A stretch of 53,115 nucleotides of DNA, taken from assembly GCA_048939015.1 (NCBI GenBank), contig JBHLPW010000035.1, forward strand, positions 1-53,115, read 5' to 3'. A program made the translations under genes and the position numbers. Each line of letters opens with the position of its first letter. Position 1 is the stretch's first letter. The DNA is from Promethearchaeota archaeon (lineage in GTDB: Archaea > Asgardarchaeota > Lokiarchaeia > Sigyniarchaeales > SOKP01). Positions 9,607-17,710 of the stretch are shown in pieces. A model generated the notes under the pieces. The model was not told the DNA's origin, did not search any database, and worked only from the letters and a program-made list of their open reading frames with translations.

Positions 9607-11082
9607 TTATAAGAGAGAATTTGTTTTGTAAATATTTCTAACAAGAATAAATGACAATAATAAAGTAGCACCGCTCAAAAAATATATCTCTTGAGTGAAA
9701 AAATTAAAAAGTATTCCTATTAGAGCAAGTAGGTTAATAAGAATAAAAAAAATCCATGATAGATTTGTTTTTGATTCAATTACTTTTCTTCTTTGATTCA
9801 ATTTATTAGTTGCATAACATAATTGAACAATCAGACAAAAAATCACATATAACAGATTCATATTATTTGAGATTGTAAAAGCTAAAATGCTTAGAAGTAA
9901 TACTTCTGTTATCAAATCTAACAACTGAAAAAAGATAAGATAATTAATTGATAAATATCTTTTATAAGCTGAATAATTTAATAATTTTTTTAAATTTTCC
10001 AGGAAAAATAAGAAATAAGTAATAATTAAAAAAAAAAACAAGGTTTCAGTTATAAAATTTAATGATTTTAATTTAAGCTTTAGAAAAAGCATTAAAAAAA
10101 ACATGAATTCTGTTGTTAAGCTTATCAGAAATAAAATCTTTGAATTTTTTATAATCCTATTTAGTGATTTTCCTTGAAAATAACTTAATCGCTTTATTTT
10201 ATATTTATATTCATTAAGATATGTAGCTGAGACGAGCTTTTTAAATATTTCTTCAAATTCTTCTCTACTTGTTTCTTCATAAAGGGTACCAAATTCATTT
10301 TGTTTATATTCTCCATTATTTGTTATTGAACTTTTCTTATTTGATAATTTTAACGGAGAAATTTTTGTTTTAGATATTTTTAAAATTAGCTGAATTATTC
10401 CAATTATAGATATAAATCCTAGACAAATATATAAAATATCCAAATTGGGCCAGAAATATATATTTTTTCTAAAAATTTGAATTTGGGGAATATATCCTAG
10501 TGATGTAAGATAAAATCCACAAGAACTTATCGTAATATATCCAATTTGAAAAACTAATCGTGCATGTCTTTCTGATAAAGTACTAAATATAGGTATTCCT
10601 GCTGAAATATGGATGGAACGCAAATTTTCAAATATAAATACAGTAAATAATAGAAATAAAATACTACTTATTTGAGTATAATATGAAAAGATAGGACTGA
10701 TGATAATAATTCCATCATTTATTCTGTCAAATATCAAATCTTGATATGATCCTCTTGGACTTTTTTTATTTGTTAAACGTGCAAGTATACCATCTAAATT
10801 ATCCATCATTCCTATACTAATCATTAAAAAAGTAATTAAAATCCCACTAATCAATAATCCAATTTCATCTAAATAAGGAAATAAAGAGAATATAACAGCA
10901 ATTAGAATTGATAAAGCAAGACTTAAAAAATCAATTCTTAGTGGTGTAAATTTTAAGGGAAGAAATACATGTTTACATGTGTAGAATGATATCTTTAACC
11001 ATCCTTTTACAATCCTGCTATCACTATAAGCATGATCTTCTAACCATTTATCGTAATATTCATCAAAATTCATTATTGACAT
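9607..11082 (-). CDS. CDP-alcohol phosphatidyltransferase with extra C-terminal membrane region
   Basis: Signature DNLDGILAR-x8-GSYQDLIFDRIND; the second half is very hydrophobic and has no intact motif. Confidence 0.85.
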   Translation of the reverse strand: MSIMNFDEYYDKWLEDHAYSDSRIVKGWLKISFYTCKHVFLPLKFTPLRIDFLSLALSILIAVIFSLFPYLDEIGLLISGILITFLMISIGMMDNLDGILARLTNKKSPRGSYQDLIFDRINDGIIIISPIFSYYTQISSILFLLFTVFIFENLRSIHISAGIPIFSTLSERHARLVFQIGYITISSCGFYLTSLGYIPQIQIFRKNIYFWPNLDILYICLGFISIIGIIQLILKISKTKISPLKLSNKKSSITNNGEYKQNEFGTLYEETSREEFEEIFKKLVSATYLNEYKYKIKRLSYFQGKSLNRIIKNSKILFLISLTTEFMFFLMLFLKLKLKSLNFITETLFFFLIITYFLFFLENLKKLLNYSAYKRYLSINYLIFFQLLDLITEVLLLSILAFTISNNMNLLYVIFCLIVQLCYATNKLNQRRKVIESKTNLSWIFFILINLLALIGILFNFFTQEIYFLSGATLLLSFILVRNIYKTNSLL

Positions 11083-11128
11083 TATTTGATAACTTCAAGA
11101 CCGAATAACAACCTTATAAAAAAATATA

Positions 11129-11461
11129 TTAGTAAAATATTACAAAATATAGCATGGCTAAGAGGAATATTAGACTGAAACTAAAAAGATAAGTCAAGGG
11201 TTTTTTTGAAAATGAAGCATTGCTACTGTCGCTGCTATCACTACTATCACTGCTGTCACTACTATCGCTACTATCACTACTGTCGCTACTATCACTGCTG
11301 TCACTACCCTCCTTTATTCTTATTTTCGTTTGATCTTGTTCATCTTCCTCTCTTATAGATGATTCTTCAAATTGAGAACCACAGGCTTCACAAAAACTTG
11401 CATTTACAGGATTTTCCTTTCCACATAATGGACAAAATTTATGAATTCTCATCACCTTCAA
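11129..11461 (-). CDS. Zinc-ribbon protein with (DSS)9 repeat and C-terminal TM anchor
   Basis: CPLC...CEAC; S-(DSS)x9-N; C-terminal hydrophobic helix. Confidence 0.85.
   Translation of the reverse strand: MKVMRIHKFCPLCGKENPVNASFCEACGSQFEESSIREEDEQDQTKIRIKEGSDSSDSSDSSDSSDSSDSSDSSDSSDSSNASFSKKPLTYLFSFSLIFLLAMLYFVIFY
11222..11305 (-). repeat. 9-bp coding tandem repeat (GAY AGY AGY)x9
   Basis: Nine Asp-Ser-Ser units; all Ser are AGY and variation is synonymous only. Confidence 0.95.
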
Positions 11462-11567
11462 AATATCATGTTTAATATTTATAGATATTTAATTATATAT
11501 AATAATTTAAAAAAAATTCAATTATAATAAATTTGGAGACCAGTATTTAACTTAACATTTTCCATGT

Positions 11568-11590
11568 AATTTTCACTGAAATCAAGACTG
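11568..11590 (-). repeat. Partial inverted copy (A) of the intergenic repeat
   Basis: Minus strand CAGTCTTGATTTCAGTGAAAATT versus GAGTCTGATTTCAATGAAAATT in copies B and D. Confidence 0.55.
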
Positions 11591-11748
11591 TCCAAAATCC
11601 TCGAGAGGGCTGATGAGGGAGCCCAAGAGTTAACCAAAAAAAATAAAAGTATATTATAGTTTTTTTATCAAATTTTCTCTTTTATATTAAGACAATTTCT
11701 CATTGTGATTTAGAAGGATTCAAAGGGCGATTACGAGATTAGATATTT

Positions 11749-12309
11749 TTAAATTAACCTTCTTTTCTTCCAATCTTTCTTAAAAATAGCTAATAATTTT
11801 ATATCAGTCCATTGTCCGTCAATATATTCCATGTCTTTCTGATGTCCCTCTTCAACAAAACCAAGTTTTTTACACATTGCTAATGAACGAGTATTGGTTG
11901 TATTCACTTCTCCTATCACTTTATGAAAATTTAACCTAAAAAACGCATAATCGATTATTAATTCTAAAATTTCTACCCCCAATCCTTTTCCCCAGTATTT
12001 TGGTTCCCCTAGCCAGAGAGTCAGATGACCTCTGCGATATGGTGGTTTCCATACCTCATATAATCCCGTTATTCCTATTGGTCTTTCATCTACTTTATGC
12101 CAAATCTCTAATCATATGATATCGCCATACTCTTGATGATCAGGAAACCAGAATTTTTTCAGGCCTTCATATGAGTTAGGGAGTATAATCCGTAGATATT
12201 TATTAACATCAGGATCATTTATCCATTTCTGATATATTTTGAGGTGTTCAAGGTTCAGTACAACTAAATCTATTCTTTCACCCTTAAGAAACGGTATATG
12301 TTCACTCAT
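11749..12309 (-). pseudogene. RimJ/RimL-family GNAT acetyltransferase interrupted by one in-frame TGA
   Basis: ORFs 12112..12309 and 11749..11982 share a frame. Read-through of TGA 12112-12114 gives DII*LEIWHKVDERPIGITGL...GEPKYWGKGLG...NTRSLAMCKKLGFVEEG, 186 codons. GGAGG RBS. Confidence 0.85.
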
Positions 12310-12349
12310 TTGTATTTTCCTCCGTTAAAAGATCTATAATTCAAGTCTT

Positions 12350-12422
12350 TTTAAACTTTGTCTCAATTTTCTGTGAATATTGAATGGAAAGGTAAATTCA
12401 GAGTCTGATTTCAATGAAAATT
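12350..12422 (+). repeat. Intergenic repeat copy B
   Basis: 66/73 identical to 15875..15947; 12382..12422 is an exact 41-nt match. Confidence 0.92.
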
Positions 12423-12470
12423 CCTTTCGAAAGTTATGCATTCAAATCAAGATTGAGGAACCATATATTT

Positions 12471-12725
12471 TTATGATAATATGCTAAAAACGACTATAAT
12501 TACTATAAAAATCGTAATAGATATAAGACATAATGAAAGCCAAAGAAATTCATCATGATCTTGCAATTGCTTTTTTTTTTCATTGCTTAATTGCTTACCG
12601 CAGTTTGAACAATTGGATGGAATTTTCTCCCAAAAATAATTACGAAATGGACTATTAGATCGATAAATTTTCCCTCCGCAACCCTCACATCGAGGCCTTT
12701 TTAATACCTGTTTATTTATTCTCAT
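12471..12725 (-). CDS. Small zinc-ribbon protein with C-terminal TM anchor
   Basis: CEGC...CSNC followed by a C-terminal hydrophobic helix. Confidence 0.75.
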   Translation of the reverse strand: MRINKQVLKRPRCEGCGGKIYRSNSPFRNYFWEKIPSNCSNCGKQLSNEKKKQLQDHDEFLWLSLCLISITIFIVIIVVFSILS

Positions 12726-12873
12726 CTTATTTCAAAACTAATTTAATTTTTAAGATTTTACTAAAGATCATAAAAATCTTGGTTTAGACTTCATGTTTTG
12801 CATGACTTAAAGATTATATAAATTTATTGAAAAAGGTTAAATTACATAAGTAGAAATATTGATCAATAAAATC

Positions 12874-13629
12874 TTAAAATCGAAAATCCTCCACTTGAAC
12901 TACTTTGAAACCATTTTTCGAATTAGAAAAGGCTTCTTGAAGAGTCTTAAATTTTTTTAGTCGTTTAAGTGTTGAATATTGAGGAAAAATAATTTTAATC
13001 TGCTTTTTTCGAAATAATCCTAATAATTCTCTTGGAGAGCCCCACAATCCTTCTGTTAGTTCCTCCCCAAATAAGTTAATTCTTTGATTCTGAGGAAATT
13101 TACATAAGAAAAATTGAGTATCAAATCGAATAGGTGATATCTTAGGAGTGATTAATCTTCCAAAGTACTTCAAATTATTCGCAGCATAATAAAGATTTTC
13201 CATTTTCAAAATATCTGTCATGGTTAAATAGTCCTTTTGAAGCTTCTCTTGATAATCTTTAAATTTTGCGCTATTATCATTATTTAGTTCAATGAAATGT
13301 CCTTTATCATTTGTAGCAATAAGAATCCCCGTTTCTTCAAACAGTTCACGGATCGCGATTATCCAAAGATCAGAAGGTTCATCACATACACCTTTTATAG
13401 TACTTAGAATTACTTTATCAGGTCCAAGTAGTTTTGCTCTTGATTCTGGAGTCATATCCTGTGCTTCTAACCTACCACCAGGAAAGACATGATGCCCTCC
13501 CATAAACTTTGTATTTTTATGCCGTTTGACCATGAATATTTCAAATTCACAATCATCATCAGATTCCGAATGTAGTTCACGTTCACGTAATAATACCACC
13601 GTGGCAGCAATTTTAGGTTCAACAGGCAT
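12874..13629 (-). CDS. Nudix hydrolase, NUDT19-like (acyl-CoA diphosphatase-type)
   Basis: AATVVLLR, VFPGG, split Nudix box with insertion before AIRELFEETG, ITP...RFDTQFF. Confidence 0.88.
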   Translation of the reverse strand: MPVEPKIAATVVLLRERELHSESDDDCEFEIFMVKRHKNTKFMGGHHVFPGGRLEAQDMTPESRAKLLGPDKVILSTIKGVCDEPSDLWIIAIRELFEETGILIATNDKGHFIELNNDNSAKFKDYQEKLQKDYLTMTDILKMENLYYAANNLKYFGRLITPKISPIRFDTQFFLCKFPQNQRINLFGEELTEGLWGSPRELLGLFRKKQIKIIFPQYSTLKRLKKFKTLQEAFSNSKNGFKVVQVEDFRF

Positions 13630-13688
13630 ATTTATTACTTTAATTTAATTAAGTTCAACAATATCAACCAAAATTAAGAGAGAGTTTA

Positions 13689-13760
13689 TGGACCCTGCGG
13701 GAATTGAACCCGCGGCCTTTCGCATGCCAAGCGAACGATCTTCCACTAATCCAAGGGCCC
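13689..13760 (-). tRNA. tRNA-Ala(GGC), intron-less, CCA not encoded
   Basis: Acceptor stem GGGCCCT/AGGGTCC with G3:U70; anticodon arm TTCGC-TTGGCAT-GCGAA; T arm GCGGG-TTCAATT-CCCGC; 72 nt. Confidence 0.97.
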
Positions 13761-13915
13761 AAATATTATAATTTAATAAACACGCCCAAATAATTAAATT
13801 TTATTATTTTAGGGTTATAGATATGTGTTTTAGAAAAATCACTATTTTGTAATTCCTCCAAAAAAAGTGGATTAATAAAATCTAAAATAAAAAGAAATTA
13901 TAAGAATTTGTTATA

Positions 13916-14131
13916 TTATTGAAAACCAATAACTGCTTTACAATGACTACATATACGTATTTTCGTGGGAATAAAAGATTCTTTCGTCTTTACTCTCCAG
14001 TAATGAAGAGTATTTAATGACATGGTTATAAGATCATTTGATGTTGGTAACCCGTGCTTAGTTTTATTATAATCTATATTTATTTTTTCTTTACAGACGG
14101 GACAGATTACATATTCAGGACGTTCAACCAA
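13916..14131 (-). CDS. Small zinc-finger protein
   Basis: CPVC...CSHC; AGGTGA RBS 9 nt before TTG. Confidence 0.75.
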   Translation of the reverse strand: MVERPEYVICPVCKEKINIDYNKTKHGLPTSNDLITMSLNTLHYWRVKTKESFIPTKIRICSHCKAVIGFQ

Positions 14132-14371
14132 GATTTAAAATCACCTTTTTTTCATATTCTTTATATAGGATTTCAAAAATTATCGTTAAATAGGACATTT
14201 CTATACTTGACTTATTCAAATTGGATGGAATTTAAACCTTTTTTTTTCAATTTTTTTTTAAATACTGAAGAAGGAGATATATGAGAAAATTAATAAATAA
14301 CCTAAAACGGCTATAGGTTAAAAAATCATAAAAGAAAATAAGAAAGAATAAGAACAAAAAAATTGTAATAC

Positions 14372-14449
14372 TTATAGGTCCTTCAATCCAAATCTGTATC
14401 GCTTTGGATGGGAAAGATAATCAGCCATGGTCGCTTTTTTATTTGACAT
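14372..14449 (-). CDS. Candidate 25-aa small protein MSNKKATMADYLSHPKRYRFGLKDL
   Basis: GAGGT RBS 9 nt before ATG, AT-rich TATA-like region upstream, long T-rich tract after TAA; below the ORF track cutoff. Confidence 0.5.
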   Translation of the reverse strand: MSNKKATMADYLSHPKRYRFGLKDL

Positions 14450-14784
14450 GTTTTCTTTACCTCTGTGGTTTGTTAATTATAATATAGATAAATTTTCATA
14501 TATAGTTTTTAATATGAAACTTTGAGCGAAGTTCGAATCAAAAGATAAGTATTAAATGTTTTTTTAATTTTGAGATTATAATTTTATTCTGTGATTGCCC
14601 AAATACAATCAATTTATCTTTAAACACTATTTTAAAAATTCAAGAGCATTAAAGAAGGGAATCTTGACTATAATTTTACTATTTAATTATTTAACAATTA
14701 CCAGTAAAAAGGCAGTTAAAAAGACATTTTTTAAAAAGCCTCTTGAGTTATGCAGTTAGGGATAATAATAGGTATTTAATTCAT

Positions 14785-14823
14785 GAAAGGTAAATTCAAA
14801 GTTCGATTCCAATAAAAATTTAG
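14785..14823 (+). repeat. Intergenic repeat copy C (diverged)
   Basis: 34/39 identical to 15912..15950. Confidence 0.85.
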
Positions 14824-14879
14824 CGATATCTTGCTTTAGTCAAACTTAAATTCCCCTTTATTAATTATGAAAATTTTTT

Positions 14880-15794
14880 CTAAAATGATGGAGCTATCTC
14901 TTCTATAAAAGTCTCTTTTTCATCATTAAAAGTATATAAAGAAAAAATGAATTCATTGCAGCCTACATCAATATAGTTTTGCAACATTTCTATACAGTTA
15001 TTATATGTACATGCAAAACTTATATCTTTCCCATATTTTCTAATCTTCTTATTCAAATCTTTTTCATTTTTTCCAATTAAAATGTTACCGGTCCATGAGA
15101 GGGAGATATCGTCCATTTTTCTTCCGAGATTATCGCAGTACTTTTGTAGAATATTTACTTTTCTTTTATAATCTTCCTTGTTAGGACCCCACACATTCCA
15201 GATATTTCCAATTTCGGCAGCAACCTTTAGTGTATACTTTTCACCACCCCCACCAATCATGATAGGAGGATGTGGTTTTTGCATTGGTTTTGGCTTACAG
15301 ATTGCATCTTTTGTTTTATAATAATCTCCTTTAAAAGTCGTTTTTTCTTCAGTCCAGAGCTTTTTTATTAAAGTTATTCCTTCTCTCATTTGTTGCACTC
15401 TTGTAACTGGATCTTCAAAATTATAGCCATAAGCTTCGTATTCTTCTACCTTCCAACCAGCACCATAACCAAATATTAGTCTTCCATTGGAGATAATATC
15501 AAACGTGGATGCAATTTTAGCTGTCATAGCAGGATTCCTAAAAGAATTACAAGCCACCAATGGCCCTAACTTGATAGATTTGGTTTCAATAGCTAGTGCA
15601 GAAAGCAGCGTCCACACATCAAAAACGCTCCCCTCATTTTCATTTCCCCACATAAGATGATCCATTGCCCAAAGAGAATTGTAGCCCAAACTTTCACATT
15701 CTTGTGCTATTCTTTTAATTGCACTGTAATCGGACCTATATTGCATTTCTGCTGTTGCATTTATTGTTACCCCAAAATTTATTTTGCTCATCAC
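14880..15794 (-). CDS. Luciferase-like (LLM) oxidoreductase, probably F420-dependent
   Basis: WAMDH, FRNPAMTAKIASTFDIISNGRLIFGYGAGW, PPIMIGGGGEK. Confidence 0.92.
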   Translation of the reverse strand: MMSKINFGVTINATAEMQYRSDYSAIKRIAQECESLGYNSLWAMDHLMWGNENEGSVFDVWTLLSALAIETKSIKLGPLVACNSFRNPAMTAKIASTFDIISNGRLIFGYGAGWKVEEYEAYGYNFEDPVTRVQQMREGITLIKKLWTEEKTTFKGDYYKTKDAICKPKPMQKPHPPIMIGGGGEKYTLKVAAEIGNIWNVWGPNKEDYKRKVNILQKYCDNLGRKMDDISLSWTGNILIGKNEKDLNKKIRKYGKDISFACTYNNCIEMLQNYIDVGCNEFIFSLYTFNDEKETFIEEIAPSF

Positions 15795-15874
15795 TGATCA
15801 TCCTCAAACCAATATAATAAATAATAGTGTTTTATTGAAAATATTAACTTCTAAAATATTGAATTTATATTGTA

Positions 15875-15947
15875 TTTAAATTTTATCCCAATTTTCTATG
15901 AAATTAGAATGGAAAGGTAAATTCAGAGTCTGATTTCAATGAAAATT
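15875..15947 (+). repeat. Intergenic repeat copy D
   Basis: 66/73 identical to copy B at offset 3525. Confidence 0.92.
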
Positions 15948-16002
15948 TAGAGAAAAAATTTCAATGCTCTTCTTTTATTCAATTATAGACCTATAATTGA
16001 GA

Positions 16003-16740
16003 TTATTTTTCAAATTTATAATTTTTGAGGAGGATTTTTTTGAACGATTTAGGTAGAAAAAATCCCAGATAGAAAGAAAAAGAACTGAACACTAATATTC
16101 CTCTATATATTAAGAGAGAGATGATATTTAATTCAAGAAAAACGTCTAAGACAGAGCCTAAAATGAATGAAACAAACCCTAATAAAAGAAAAATTCCTTT
16201 TAATCTAATTTCGGGGGTGTTTATCTTTAAAGATTCTCTAGCAAAAAGAATTCCAGTTATAGTAAGTATGATAGCAACTTCGAGGAAAAACAATACCAAA
16301 AAAGATTTGTATTGAGCATCTATTAGCCCTACCCTTTCAACAATAACCTGAGGCTCTGTAATCAGATAATAAAATGAAAAAAATTCGAATAAAAGTGCTT
16401 GGATTAAAAATATCCATATAACTAATTTTTGAAATTTTTTATATTTTAACTCTGTAAAAGCAACCATCCACAAAGTTATAGCTATTGGAGTTAAACTTAT
16501 TGAAATAACATAAAATAACTCTATAGCTAAACCATGCCCAGTTAATAAAAGTAGAATAAAGGATATTGAAGGACCCCACCACCCTTCATACATCAATAAC
16601 CAAGTGATCCCTGCAAAAATAAGAACTCTTTCTTTATGTTGCAAATATTTAGAAGCTATTTTTAACCCAGTTATAATTGATACTATTGAGATTATCAAAC
16701 TGGAGAGTCCATTTGTTACTAATAAAGCATCATAGTCCAT
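16003..16740 (-). CDS. 7TM membrane protein, paralogue of 38116..38841
   Basis: Seven hydrophobic segments; shares ExWW, PxAIxLWxxAFTE and SLKxxxPExxLKG motifs with the paralogue. Confidence 0.85.
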   Translation of the reverse strand: MDYDALLVTNGLSSLIISIVSIITGLKIASKYLQHKERVLIFAGITWLLMYEGWWGPSISFILLLLTGHGLAIELFYVISISLTPIAITLWMVAFTELKYKKFQKLVIWIFLIQALLFEFFSFYYLITEPQVIVERVGLIDAQYKSFLVLFFLEVAIILTITGILFARESLKINTPEIRLKGIFLLLGFVSFILGSVLDVFLELNIISLLIYRGILVFSSFSFYLGFFLPKSFKKILLKNYKFEK

Positions 16741-16802
16741 AAAATTCCTTCACATCCTTAAAATTTAGTTCTATTCATATTTTTATATTTTTCTTTCATT
16801 AT

Positions 16803-17480
16803 TCATTCAAGTGCTTGAAAAAACTTTCTGAATTCATTCAATTCAGAATCATATTCTATTATTTGTTTTAGTGGAAAAAAAGTATGTAATACTAGAAATG
16901 GTCTAATTGCCTCAGGATTTTTCAGATTATCTTCAGCAATTATTTTTTTGAGTCGATTACCAAATTCATCCACTAATTTTTCATATTTAATATGTGCATT
17001 TTCAGAAAGGAACCAATAGTTATAACTAATTGGAGATTTGAAATGATCTTGACGAAAATCTTTGAAAGACTTAGTTTTTTTTTGTTTTGAAACTGCTTCG
17101 TAATAAAGTATAACTTGCTCATACATGACTTTAATTACTTTAAAAAACTGCAGGTCATTAAGAATTATCTCATTAGATAAATCCAATCCAATCTTATCAG
17201 AATCGATATGTAATCTTTCAAGAAAACCTGGAATTAATTCATATACTTTAGCATCAATTGAGCCTCTTGCTTCTTTTCTCGTTGACTTTATGATTTGTAA
17301 TTGCTCTAACTTCTTGATGTGGTGTGTTAAGGTTGATTTAACTCGACCTAATAAATTACTTAATTCTGTTAGGCTTAATTTTCTAAAGATTAACAATGCT
17401 AAAATTAACCTCAAGCGAGTTAGGCTTTCCATTAATTTTAATGTTTCTATTCTTTGTCTGAGTTCTTTTTCTGTTGACAT
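16803..17480 (-). CDS. ArsR-like winged-helix transcriptional regulator
   Basis: TRLRLILAL...LSLTELSNLLGRVKSTLTHHIKKLE...KVYEL; divergent from the GRE operon. Confidence 0.88.
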   Translation of the reverse strand: MSTEKELRQRIETLKLMESLTRLRLILALLIFRKLSLTELSNLLGRVKSTLTHHIKKLEQLQIIKSTRKEARGSIDAKVYELIPGFLERLHIDSDKIGLDLSNEIILNDLQFFKVIKVMYEQVILYYEAVSKQKKTKSFKDFRQDHFKSPISYNYWFLSENAHIKYEKLVDEFGNRLKKIIAEDNLKNPEAIRPFLVLHTFFPLKQIIEYDSELNEFRKFFQALE

Positions 17481-17540
17481 TTCTCAAAGAAATATAATTT
17501 TTCTTAAATTGATAATATTTAAATTGCCTAATTTTTTTTT

Positions 17541-17659
17541 TCGAATGTTCATTTCTTATAAGGATAGACATTATTTTAATATGTGTATAAATTTTTAGTT
17601 TTTTACTATTATTTTATCGAACATTGAATTCATTTAAAAAGGGATCGAATATTTAAATA
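17541..17659. promoter_or_regulatory. Three TCGAAYRTT boxes and a TATA-like box in the regulator/GRE divergent region
   Basis: TCGAATGTT 17541, TCGAACATT 17617, TCGAATATT 17645; the third overlaps TTTAAATA at 17652. Confidence 0.45.
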
Positions 17660-17710
17660 CAATAATTGATTCAATTACTTAAAAATCTAAATTAAAAACT
17701 ATAGAAAAAA

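Noticed and set aside
11577-11625. CTGATGAG with an upstream GAAA resembling a hammerhead ribozyme, fluoride riboswitch or C/D box RNA
   Set aside because: Hammerhead stems II and III cannot be formed, the fluoride riboswitch 5' GGNGAUG element and pseudoknot are missing, and no D box follows. Only a 5-bp GC hairpin is supportable.
12112-12114. Genome-wide UGA-to-Trp reassignment
   Set aside because: Many complete genes here end in TGA at the expected length (for example 7134, 7624, 39472), and TGG is used for Trp throughout.
13689-13760. tRNA-Ala as the attachment site of an integrated element
   Set aside because: I saw no duplicated tRNA fragment and no integrase in the window; a partner site outside the window cannot be excluded.
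14054-14284. 76-aa plus-strand ORF
   Set aside because: Low-complexity F/I-rich translation of AT-rich DNA; overlaps a better supported minus-strand gene and its promoter.
12350-15950. Dispersed repeat as a CRISPR array, integron attC or dif site
   Set aside because: Copies are 1-2.4 kb apart with whole genes between them, there are no cas or integrase genes, no RYYYAAC/GTTRRRY ends, and no 11-6-11 dif symmetry.
17125-17598. 157-aa plus-strand ORF
   Set aside because: Antisense shadow of the ArsR-like gene; no motif.
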